64,000 nt of DNA from Malacoraja senta. Taxonomy: Eukaryota. A program made the translations under genes and the position numbers. Below the pieces are notes generated by a model. It was given only the letters and a program-made list of their open reading frames with translations, made no database searches and was not told the DNA's origin. Positions within the stretch are counted from its first letter, which is position 1. Every line of letters starts with the position of its first letter. Of the stretch, positions 12,608 through 23,519 are shown one piece after another. The DNA is taken from the NCBI GenBank assembly GCA_038087875.1, contig CM075992.1, positions 9,612,001 to 9,676,000 of the forward strand. Direction: 5' to 3'.

Positions 12608-14720
12608 TCATGGCTGTGTAGGCCAGTCGTGTACCACCAAAACTCCTGAGGCGGAGTCCTGCTTGATTTTGAGCAAGCACGGACTGATGAGGCAAAATGG
12701 GGGAAATGCATATAAAAACATTCCACCCCAGTGTAGCGAGAATGCATCTACCGCCACTGCCCCTGGGTCTGGTTCCCATGAAATATACTTTGGTAACTGG
12801 TGCTTGAGTCTGGATGCAAACAAATCGATATCTGGTACACCATACCGAGCGACAATATCATTAAATACTTCATGATTCAACATCCATTCTATGTTGCCAT
12901 TGAATTTGCGTGACCTGGTGTCCGCCACCACGTCGAATCTACCTGGTAAGTAGATAGCTGAAACCCAAATGTTTCTTGTGATGCACCAGTGCCAAATAAG
13001 ATTAGCCAATTTATCACAAGATGCCGACTTGATTCCACCCATGTGATTAACATACGCCATTGCCGTAGTGTTGTCAATCTGAAGCTGAACATGCAAGTGA
13101 TGCATACTAGTACAATAAGCCTTAAGGCCATAGAATGCTCCCTACAGTTCTAAATAGTTAATTCCATGTGATTGAAGAATAAATGCCTCATGCATATTCC
13201 ATCTGCCTCTGCAGCTAGAGATGGTATCAGTAGCACCCCATCCTAGAGCACTAACATCAGTCTGTAAAACAACTGAAGGTTTCTCAATCAGAATTTTACT
13301 GGAGCAATGCCAAATGTTTGCTATCCACCACTGTAATTCAGCAATGGCTTCAACTGGTAACTGCATGGACCTATCAAAGTGACCTGCATGTATTTTGAGT
13401 GCCTGCTCCTTTGCACATTGTAAATCTTGATAATGCAAAGGTCCAAATTGTGCAGCTGGAAAAGCAGCCACTAATTTGCCAATTATGCTAGCCACATGTC
13501 GAATTGAAGGTTGGTGCTCCACCACGAGCTCGTTACAGCCTTCAATTAATTCTAATCCCTTGCCCCTGGGCAGAGTCACAGACATGTGAGTTGAGTTAAT
13601 GGTGAATCCCAAATAATCAATAACTCTAATGGCGCAATGGGCTAAGTGTTCGGCTGGCAACCGGAAGGTAGCAGGTTCAAATCCCGCTTGGAGTGCATAC
13701 TATTGTTGTGTCCTTGGGCAAGACACTTCACCCACCTTTGCCTGCGTGTGAATGTGTGAATGTGTGTGAATGTGTGTGAGTCTGAGGGGCCGTAGGCGCA
13801 GATTAGCAGCCACGCTTCCGTCAGTCTGCCCCAGGGCAGCTGTGGCTACAGAAGTAGCTCACCACCGCCGAGTGTGACTGAGGAGTGAATGAATAATGCG
13901 ATGTAAAGCGCCTTGAGTATTAGAAAGGCGCTATATAAATCCCATCCATTATTATTATTATTAATTGGTATCAATTTGGATTTAACTGGATGGATGAGAA
14001 ACCACAATCTCACAAACATGAGTTTCGCAGCTGAAACAGATAGTTCAGCTGCTTTCCGAGTCTTTCCTATGATTAAGATATCATCCAAATAAGCCATTAC
14101 AATATGACTCTGAGCCCGGAGTAGCCCCAACACTGGTTTTAACAGTTTTGTAAATAATCTAGGGACCGAGGTTAACCCATTAGGCAATGCTTTAAATTAC
14201 CATAATTGCCTCATCCAGCTAAACTTCAAATATCTCCGATGATCCTTATGAATGGGTACTGAATAATATGCATCTTTAAGATCTATACATGCCATATAAC
14301 ATCCTCTGGAAATCAGTTGTTTGGCAGTAACAAAAGTTTCCATTTTGAAATGTTTATACTGCACAAAGGGGTTAAGACTCGTCAAGTCAAGCATGATTCA
14401 ACATCCCCCATCCTTCTTTTGCCTAGGGAAAATATTAGACCCAAATTGGTGAGATTGATGAAACGACTTCTCAATTACCCCTTTTTTGTATAACTTTTCA
14501 ATTTCAGCTTGTACATCCAAATTTTCTTGTTGTGAAAAAATCAATTTACGGCTTGGTGTATGCTGTGTGGGTGGACGCAATTTGGAAGGAATTCAATTCG
14601 GAACCCTTGTATACTGTGCAGTATAAACGAATCTGATGTTATCCAATACCATTCATTCAAAAACAAGTGTAATCTCCCCCCAATTTGTAACTGATCTACA
14701 CATAATATGTTCCGAAAAGA
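12608..14720 (-). pseudogene. DIRS pol: RT - RNase H - Dam-like methyltransferase domain (broken)
   Basis: IGGRL...W...I; IDLKDAYYSVPIH; MAYLDD; TDVSALGWGA, HGINYLEL, IDNTTAMAYVN; DLFAS...YAFPPF. Confidence 0.9.
13631..13965 (+). mobile_element. tRNA-headed CORE-like SINE with L2-type tail, inserted in the DIRS RT
   Basis: A/B-box head (ggcgcaatgggctaagtg...ggttcaaatcc); gtgtccttgggcaagacact; tail stem-loop aaagcgccttgagtattagaaaggcgct + (att)n; removing it restores KSKLIPIRVIDYLG. Confidence 0.85.
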
Positions 14721-14739
14721 CCCAGACCCACCTACCTCC

Positions 14740-15963
14740 ATGGTTACCGGTGGATATTTCTGCCCCCGGGTTTTGGGGGGTAAGGACATGTTCGCCCGTG
14801 CCACTGTTGGAGTGTGCCAACTGCGCATATTTGTGAATGGCCGGTTTGGTCCTTGGCCTGAACCAGTTTCAGCGAACCGTTTGTAGGGGTGCTGCCGTCG
14901 AAGCGAAGTTTTGCTAGTCGCTGGGGCTCTGATGAGTCCGACCGTTCTTGCCTCGTCGTCCAGCTCCTTGACTCTTTTTGAGAGATCTTCCCCAAACAAC
15001 AGATTCGGCGGTTGAATATTGCTGGATTTGCACAGAGCCACGAACTTGGGGTTGATAGTAGGACGGATGGCACTCTTTCTCAGGCAATTTATTTCAAATT
15101 GTGCATTGCACATTAGGGCCAGGGCAACCTGCTGTGCATCAGACAGCGGCCCTCCATCCACCGACCTGGCGAATGCTGTGATGCCCGAGGCGAGCAGCTT
15201 CAGTATCTTCTGGAGCCTCATGCCCATGTGACCCCAGAGGGCGTGGTTAACAGTCGGCACTTTGAGCAGAACACAGTTAGCAGGAGTCTCATATTTTCAG
15301 GAGTCTCATCTCATAAACAAGTCTCATATTTTTTGGACGTTTCCTCCATAGTGTGCTCTTGAAGCTGGTGTGAGGCCAGGTCATTTATACTCGCGGCCAA
15401 ATCTTCTCCCAGCGGTTCCCCTGTTCGGTCGGGATTACAAATCTTGATGCCATGATTGGCACCTCTGGCTCGTGCCCTTCTTCCCTTGGTGTATGCTCCA
15501 TGGCTATTCCCACAGACTCGGAGTCAGAATAAAACTGACCCCGCATGCTCTCCTCCTCCGAGAGGGAGACATTAAGCAGCCCTGATACAGGTGCCGCTGG
15601 GGCGGGCCCCCGAGGAGACCTGCGCTGATACAACTCCACCTGCTGGAGCGCATCTTGGTGGAGCATCCTCTCCATCAGGAGCTCCATCCTGGAGAAACGT
15701 CCACAGACGCTATCCCTTGTAGGAGGGGAACCCTCCTGGCCCGACTCATCCGAGTCAACGGGCCTTGCAGACTTCTGTGTGGCTTTCCGCCCCAATGGTG
15801 CAGCCACGGTGCTCTCAGGAGGCACCAAGTCTGAAGTCACTGGCCGTGCCGCCAGCGACATGGAAGGTGAGATAGACGGCCGCCCGCTGCCCGCACTCCC
15901 GCGGTCTTCCATAGGTGCTCTCCCGGCGCTTCGCCTTGCCTTCACCTTAGACGCTTTCTCCAT
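14740..15963 (-). pseudogene. DIRS ORF1 (gag-like), broken
   Basis: Lies between the 5' ITR and RT; VPTVN..LW...LQK...NLLFGEDL segment is typical of DIRS1 ORF1. Confidence 0.7.
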
Positions 15964-16217
15964 CGACTCGAACTTGCTCCTGTAACAAGAATTACCGGCC
16001 CAAGAAAACGACCTCCGACTAAGTTTTAAACACTTACCTGAGGGTGTTTAAACTTACCGCTGGAGGAGCACCGCGCCTGCCAGCCAGTCGTTGTGCAATG
16101 TGTCAGACATAATGACGCGCATGCGGACTGGCGGGGTTCTTCACGGAATCACTCACGTGACTCCGAAGTAAAATACATCACCACGTGCTGTTAAAAATTG
16201 AATTGATTGAAAGTTTC

Positions 16218-16487
16218 AGCATGGAAACAGGCCCTTCGGCCAACTGAGTCCATGCCAGCCATCGATCACCAATTCCATGTTTCCACACTTTCTCATCCAC
16301 TCCATACACACAGGGGCAATTTACAAAGGACTATTAACCTACAAACACACACATTTTTAGGGTGTGGGGGAAACCGGAGCACCCTGAGCAAACCCATGCG
16401 GTCACAGGGAGAACGTGCTAACTCCACACAGACAACACCCGAGGTCTGAATTGACCGTGTCTCTGATGCTGTGAGGCAGCAGCACCA
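16218..16487 (-). mobile_element. Diverged HE1-type V-SINE
   Basis: Tail catggaaacaggccc and V-domain reverse complement. Confidence 0.7.
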
Positions 16488-16821
16488 CAGATCAGAATAA
16501 TGTTCCGTCTGAAGAAGGGTTTCGGCCCGAAACGTTGCCTATTTCCTTCGCTCCATAGATGCTGCCTCACACACTGAGTTTCTCCAGCATTTTTGTCTAC
16601 CTTCGATTTTCCAGCATCTACAGTTCCTTCTTGAACATAAAGTTCCGTCTGCCTGATTTACCAGCTGACCAACATCATTCTGTACCTGAGACTTTCTCCT
16701 GTCAACAACACGAATGTTCATGTCGTCTGAAAATCTACCTTCCTTCTGTTTATTTCACAAATGTATTTCGTTTCTTCTATTGACTTTTCCACAGACATGC
16801 TTCCCACTCTTTTATTTCTTT

Positions 16822-17148
16822 GTTTAGTTTAGAGATACAGCGTGGAAACAGGTTCTTCAGCCCACCGAGTCCGAGCCGACCAGCGCTCACCAACCAGTTA
16901 GACCACACGCTAACACTATCCTAAACACACTGGGGACAATATTACATTTATACATTTATACCAAGCCAATTGACCTACACACCTGTACGTCTTTGGAGTG
17001 TAGGAGGAAACAGAAGATCTCGGAGAAAATCCACGCAGGTCACGGGGAGAACATACAAACTCCATACAGAGAGCACTCGTAGTCAGGATTGAACCTGGAT
17101 CTCTGGCGCTGTAAGGCAGCAACTCTACCGCCGCGCCACCGTGCCGCC
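16822..17148 (-). mobile_element. HE1-type V-SINE
   Basis: Full structure on the minus strand. Confidence 0.85.
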
Positions 17149-17874
17149 CGGGATTCTTGCGGGATCTTTCCATGCAACAGCAGCAGATGCAACACCGGCC
17201 CGTTCACCTGCTCCAACCCTGTCAAGCCCGTTCTGCAAGTCCGTTTGACTGTGGGAATTCTGGACTGCTGGTGACATGGCGAAAACCCCATCATTGAGCA
17301 AAGTTCTTGAAACACTGGCTAGTGAACTGACTGCCATTATCTGACAAGAGGCGTGGAGGGGCACCATGTATGGTGAAATGGCGCGACACCATGTATGGTG
17401 GATGACTGCAGTGGATGTTATGCTTTGGAGCAGGTCGATTTCGAACCAGCCCGAATACGAGTCAACGAGAACCAGCTACTGTTTGCCATGCCACTCGAAT
17501 ATGTCAGTAGCAAGCATGGACCAAGGCAGAGGAGGAACAGGGTGTGAGAGCAAGGGCTGCTTCTGTAGGTGTGGCATCAGGCTGTTGCAGACGGCGCAGG
17601 CTTGAACTTTCTCGCTCACAAATTCGGTCTTTCCGGGCGTGGGTTCGAATCCCACTTCTGACACCATGTTGAGTGAATCAAACATACTCACTGGTCTGGT
17701 ACAACAGTATTTATTGAATAACGCATACCACACACCACAGCATGTTACATCGACTGTATGGCAGCACTGACTGGCAGCACATGTCGGGTTGGGATTATAT
17801 GAATAGTGTGGTAGTAGGTGGAGCTTATAATAATAAAGCATTACATTGGCTTGTAAGTAAAGTAACCAATCTAC
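17149..17874 (-). mobile_element. Gypsy LTR retrotransposon remnant: LTR (about 17667-17874) + tRNA-Leu PBS + integrase core
   Basis: TG...CA short LTR with AATAAA; PBS TGGTGTCAGAAGTGGGATTCGAACCCACGCC; CAVC...PWSMLATDIF...VDSYS...LLSDNGSQF...SSPEFPQSNGLAERA (DDE) with stops. Confidence 0.88.
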
Positions 17875-18214
17875 AACCAACATCTCATATAACTGTAAGA
17901 TGACCCCCCAACTTCTATACTCAATACTCTGACTGATGAAGGCCAATACGCCAAAATACTTTTTGACCACCCTATCTACCTGTGTAGAAACAAGGTTCCG
18001 CAGATGCTGGTTTGTACCAAAGATATACACATAGTGATCAGCTGAGTTACTCCAGCACTTTGTGTCTGTCTTTGCCGTAACTCTCTACATTTAGATGACA
18101 CTTGGACAGGTACATGGGTAGGAACGGTTTAGAGGGATACGGGCCAAATGCAGGCAAATGGAACAAATCTAGATGGGACATCTAGACACAAAATGCTGGA
18201 GAAACTCAGCGGGA

Positions 18215-18708
18215 CACAAGGTTAATTCCCGGGATGGCGGGACTGTCATATATTGATAGACTGGAGCAGCTGTGCTTGTACACTCTAGAATACAGAAGGA
18301 TGAGAGGGAATCTTATTGAGATATATAAGATTATTAAGGGTTTGGACACACTAGAGGCAGGAAACATGTTCCCCGATGTTGGGAGAGTCCAGAACCAGAG
18401 TCTACAGTTTAAGAAAAAGGGGCTTACCCCTTTTTGGAACGGAGATGAGGAAACACTTGTTCACATAGAGAGTTGTGAATCTGTGGAATTCTCTGCCTCA
18501 GAAGGCAGTGGGGGGCGATTCTCTGGATGCTTTCAAGAGAGGATTAGATTGAGCTCATAAAGATAGCGGAGTCAGGGGATATGGGGAGAAGGCAGGAACG
18601 GGGTACTGATTGTGGATGATCAGCCATGATCACAGTGAAGCGCGGTACTGGCTCAAAGGTACGAATGGCCTACTGCTGTACCTATTGTCTATTGTTTATT
18701 GTCTATTG
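18215..18708 (+). mobile_element. CR1 LINE 3' fragment, (tattgtc)n-tail subfamily
   Basis: GLSYIDRLEQL.LYTLEYRRMRG.LIE.YKI. Confidence 0.85.
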
Positions 18709-18879
18709 TGGGACAGGCAGCATCTCTGGAAGGAAGGAATGGGTGACGTTTTGGGTCGAGACCCTTCTTCAGACTCTGATTTAGATGACTTAGATGGGTC
18801 CTGTTGGTTGGCATGTGCGAGTTGAGTACAGAGGCCTGTTTCCCTCATGTATGACTCTATGACTATGACTATGACTTTT

Positions 18880-19719
18880 TGGCCACTAGGGGCGCCGCAT
18901 GATGGCAGCCTCTGCCCACAGTCTGTCTGTTTTTCCATCGTTTTTAAATTTTTAGTCTGCCTAAAAAGTATGTTTTGGAGGTTTCTTTAGTATTTCTATG
19001 TGGGGGAGGGGGGTAGGGTAAGGGGGAAACTGTTTCCCAGCCACTTGCTGGCGAGGATGCAACTATTCTCTGACTCGCGTCCTCGCCACCCTCCCCCGAC
19101 GCGGCCTACCTACTGGATTGGCGCGGCCTTTCCTGCCGGGGACCGGCCAAAGCTTCAGCGGCGGCGGCGCAGCACTGGATTCATCGTGGAGCGGGCGATG
19201 CCTTACCTGGGATCGCCGTTTGAAGCTCCGGTGCGTTGGGCCTGCTGCATCAACACCGTGGAGCTTCCAGCGCGGGCGGCGCTGACTTCAACATCGTGGA
19301 GTCCTGGGATCCCTTTGCCGAGGGCCGCCAGAGTGAATCTCCACCCAGCGCGGCCTGTGGACTTCGGGAGCCACGGACTCCGGTGGGAGGTGGCCGATTC
19401 GGAGGTCCAAGCCACTGAGGATGTTCTCCTGTTCCGACGTCGGAGTTCCATCGTCCCAGCGAGAGGGCCTGAACATCGGGATGCCCGACCACGGGTGAAC
19501 ATCAAAGAACATCAAAGAGGAGGATGACTGAACTTTGGGCCTTCCCTCACAGTGGGAAACTTTGATTCCGCTGTGTGGGGATGTTTATGTTAAACTATCG
19601 TGTTCTGTTCTTCTCTTTTTATTCATGTGGCTGTACGGTGACCCCCAAATGTCACTGTAACAATTGGTACATGTGACAATAATTGTCTCTTGTCTTGTCT
19701 TGTCTTGTCTTGTCTTGTC
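18880..19719 (+). repeat. GC-rich non-autonomous element with Rex-like tail (gtacatgtgacaataa + (tcttg)n)
   Basis: CpG-rich body with no credible ORF; tail resembles the Rex1/Babar 3' ends in this window. Confidence 0.5.
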
Positions 19720-19976
19720 TATGTCTCTGATCTCCTTATCTAAGGCCACTCTGTGTCTAATCAACAATACGACCTCTCCTTCTGTCTCTTTATGTACTAC
19801 AGACTTCAGACATTAATCACCAATGTCTTATACAACTGTAACATGACCTCCCAACTTGTATACTCAATACTCTGACTGATGAAGACTGATGCACCAAAAG
19901 CCTTCTTGACCTCAATTAATTAGAGTTGAAAATAAGGGTGATGAATGATGATCATGAGATCACAAAGTGATATCTG

Positions 19977-21012
19977 TAGCAATGTTACAAAATTTTGAGA
20001 TTTTAAAAATAAAGTCTGCACTTTATCCCATCAGATAAAGCATAAAAAGATGTTTAATTTGACACCTAATTCACTTTCATATCTTCAGTATTAAAGAAGT
20101 TATGGCCATTTACATACTCGGAAATTAGCATCTTGTTCCCTATTGCTTTTCCATTGACTTAACACAAAAGCTGTGATCGAGGACAGTTAAAAACCCATAA
20201 CTTTCTTAAAAATTAAGATAACTGAAATAAATTTTCAGTTATTATAGATTGAAGCATTCTGAAACAAATATGAAACAATCTTACTTAGAAGACATGAAAG
20301 TAAAGCATATAATTAGTTAGTTACCTAATTGTAGCTAATTACAAAATTCAATTACTAGATCTAAACATCTATCAATTTCTTAACAATAGATTAACATTTT
20401 TAAATAGCCTAAGTGTCCAAATAACATTCACACAATAATTCACAATATAACATAATTTTTAAATCTCATTTTCATGAATTTACAGGCCAAATGGAAGGAA
20501 TTGAATGTTTAATACCTGTAAATTAATGGGCATTTAAATCATCTTGTGAGGATTTCTGGAACGCGATCTTTTGGAACGTTCATTTGCGGTGAATTTAACC
20601 CCGTATCGGCATGAAAAATACTGCCGTTAGTTCGGGGAATAAAATCACCGTTTTGCATGAAAAAATGTGAATTAAAGGCTTCTTAAGAAGCACTTTTATA
20701 TATTTAAAGAAACCACTTTCGTTTACCTGTCCCGTGTGTGAAATCCGTCCCCGTTATCGGCGTTGACGCTTCAGGAGCTGCTTTTAAAATTACTCCAGCG
20801 CTGACATTGACGATTTAATAAAAATTAAAAATTCACAAAACGCCACTAGGAACGATTCTTCAGCCAACGCTTGTACTCCACGAAATATAATTCAGGACAA
20901 GGGAGGAGAAACCCGCGTTTTAACCCCGCCCCCCCTTAAAGGCGCCAAAATCACGCACACAGCCAGTGGCAGAATTACAGCGCGACTGAAGGTATGTTTT
21001 GTAACATACCTA
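19977..21012. mobile_element. Non-autonomous TIR DNA transposon (TAG...CTA), 7-bp TSD atatctg
   Basis: TIR TAGCAATGTTACAAAA versus TAGGTATGTTACAAAA (14/16); atatctg at 19970-19976 and 21013-21019; homologous to 43395-44912. Confidence 0.85.
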
Positions 21013-21160
21013 ATATCTGGCTTACCAGGGTCTTGCAGGAAAAGAAAGTTACTATTACCTATAATTTTGTCTACCTTCGATTCTCCAGCATCTGCAGTTC
21101 CTTCTTGAACACTTAGTATTACCTGGCCTGTCGCATGTTCTTTAAGTCCCACAACAATAC

Positions 21161-21380
21161 GTGTATGAAGGAACTGCAGATGCTGGTTTAAACCGTAGAT
21201 AGACACAAAATGCTGGAGTAACTCAGCAGGACAGGCGTCATCTCTGGAGAGAAGGAATGGGTGATGTTTTGTGTTGAGACCCTTCTTCAGACCTGAAGAA
21301 GTCTGAAGAAGGGTCTCGACCCGAAACGTCACCCATTCCTTCTCTCCAGAGATGTTGCCCGTTTCACTGTATTACTCCAG
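21161..21380. repeat. Head-to-head pair of Penelope pLTR units, each with a hammerhead-like core
   Basis: ...gagacccttcttcagac ctgaagaa gtctgaagaagggtctcgacccgaaacgtcac... Confidence 0.8.
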
Positions 21381-21447
21381 ATAGTTGAAACCCTGATAAA
21401 CAGTCCAACAAGGGGCTGACTTATGATTACCTGCATCAACTGTGTAA

Positions 21448-22013
21448 AGGGCGGAGATGTGGCTCAGCGGTAGAGTTGCTGCCTCACAGCGCCAGAGACC
21501 CGGGTTCGATCCTGACTACTAGTGTAGTCTGTGTGGAGTTTGTACATTCTCCCCGTGACCTGCGTGGGTTTTCTCCGGAAACTCCTGTTTCCTCCCACAC
21601 TCCAAAGACGTACAGATTTACAGGTTAATTAGTTTCGGTAGATTGTAAGTTGTCCCTAGTGTGTGGGACAGTGTTATTGTGTGGGGATCGCTGGTCGACG
21701 TGGACTCGGTGGGCCTAAGGGCCTGTTTCCGCGCTGTATCTCTAAACTAAAGGGCCTGTCCCACTTTCACGACCTAATTCACGACCTTTTTTATTTGTGG
21801 ACATTTTTCATCATGCTAAAAAAACGCCCCGACCTACTTGATGCCACGAGTACCTACGACTAGCATCACGGCCTGCCACGACCTACCTACGACCTCCTAC
21901 GACCTCCTACAACCTCGTGACGACCATGCTGCGAATATGAGTCAAGGGCAAACTCGGCAGAGGTCGTGAATTAGGTCGTGAAAGTGGGACTGGCCCTTAA
22001 ACTAAACTAAACT
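21448..22013 (+). mobile_element. HE1-type V-SINE with a Harbinger MITE in its tail
   Basis: The SINE tail tctaaactaa is interrupted and resumes taaactaaac at 21998. Confidence 0.85.
21751..21997. mobile_element. PIF/Harbinger MITE (about 247 bp), TAA TSD
   Basis: TIR of about 35 bp agggcctgtcccactttcacgacctaattcacgacc; taa on both sides; internal (cgacct)-type repeats. Confidence 0.88.
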
Positions 22014-23300
22014 GAAAGCCTTTTCCATGACACCATCTCAAGGGCAGTAAAGATGGACAATCACTCCTGGATTTGGAGTTAGAACACATTACGTGCGTTA
22101 ATTATTGAAATACTCAAACATTGTTCCCTGACCTTTAAATCTATTTATAGTGATTTTATGTTTTAATTGTTTTAAAAAAAACATAATGGTGTGATAGAGG
22201 ACTACAGATTGTGTTCTGTGTTGATAACCATGTCTATTGTTCACAGTCTTGTTTCAGATCGCAATTACGTCATTGCCAAGCCAACTGTGACTCCACTGGC
22301 TGGAAATGTTCACTGTGTTTTTATATCAAATACTTGCTATTTCAAGTCTACTAAATACCGCTCGGAACTCCAGCATTTTGTGTCTATTTTCTGTATAAAC
22401 CAGCATCTGCAGTTCCTTCCTACACATCTCTGGAGGACGTGGATAGGCGTTGTTTCAGGTTGGGACCCTTCAGACTGATGATGAGAGTAGGTGGGAGAAA
22501 GCTGGAAGAGAGGTGGGGGAGGGACAAAGCAAGTGATAGTAAAGGATTTTATTTTTCATAAGTTCATTAGTTCATTAGTTCATTCGAGTTCATAAGTTCA
22601 TTAGTTCATAATTTCTAGGAACAGAATTGGGCCATTTGGCCCATCAAGTCTACTACATGGCTGATCTATCCTTCCCTCTTAATCCCACTCTAGGTGATGT
22701 TTGGGGCCGAGACCCTTCTTCAGCTTTTACACAGTTTGACAGGTGAATGTGGAGTGTGGTCAAGAAACAGATGGAAAGGGGAAAGATTTAGTCGGAACCT
22801 GAGGGGCAACGTATGCATTTACAGAGTGGTGGTGGGTGTATGGAACGAGCTGCCAGAGGAGGTAGTTGAGGCAGCTATCATAACAACATTTAAAAGACAC
22901 TTGGGCAGGTACATGGATAGAGGGAAATGGGCCTCGAGCAGGCAAATGGGATCAGCTTAGGATGAGGCATCTTGGTCGGCCTAGCTGAGATGGGCTGAAT
23001 GGGCCTGTTTCCGTGCTGTATGACTCTATGACTAAGTTATAGTTTTGTTCCCCTAGCTGACTATCCAGAACTGGAGGTCACAATCCAGTGGTATGACTGT
23101 TGATTACTCTAACTTCAGGTAGCCCCGGCATTCCCTCTCTCTCCATCCCTCCCCCACCCAAGTCGCACCAGCTTCTCGTTTTCACCCAACAAACAGCTAA
23201 CAATAGATGTGTAAGAAAGAACTGCAGATGCTGGTTTAAACCAAAGATAGACATAAAAAGCTGGAGTAACTCAGGCAGCATCTCTGGAGAGAAGGAATGG

Positions 23301-23332
23301 GTGACGTTTCGGGTCGAGACCCTTCTTCAGAC
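23301..23332 (-). ncRNA. Minimal hammerhead-ribozyme-like core in the Penelope pLTR
   Basis: gu-CUGAAGA-a-ggg(ucucga)ccc-GAAAC-GUC-ac; palindromic ACGU helix III; helix I is only about 2 bp locally. Confidence 0.6.
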
Positions 23333-23519
23333 TGGTTAGGGATAAGGGAAACGAACGATATAGACGGTGATGTGGAGAGATAAAGAACAATGAATGAAAG
23401 ATATGCAAAAAAGTAACGATGATAAAGGAAACAGACCATTGTTAGCTGTTTGTTGATTGAAAATGAGAAGCTGGTGCGACTTGGGTGGGGGAGGGATAGA
23501 GAGAGAGGGAATGCCGGGG

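Larger units (their letters stand above)
10990..16175 (-). mobile_element. DIRS1-type tyrosine recombinase retrotransposon, full structure, coding-decayed
   Basis: gag-like, RT (YLDD), RNase H, Dam-like MT and YR coding segments in DIRS order; inverted termini; internal complementary region 11216-11328; gtaaaata at both ends. Confidence 0.95.

Noticed and set aside
17625..17666. tRNA-Leu gene
   Set aside because: Only the 3' 31 nt including CCA are present, next to an LTR. It is a PBS, not a gene.
18881..18896. CTCF site ggccactaggggcgcc
   Set aside because: One base short of the core spacing, and unsupported without ChIP data.
19000..19527. 175-aa ORF and similar GC-rich ORFs (3675-4291, 41732-42217, 55241-55928)
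   Set aside because: Stop-poor GC-rich repeat interiors with no recognisable protein features or splice context.
21715..21765. Common origin of the SINE tail (aagggcctgttt) and the MITE TIR (agggcctgtcc)
   Set aside because: Only a 10-bp match, and the SINE motif derives from the CR1 3' UTR. Probably coincidental.
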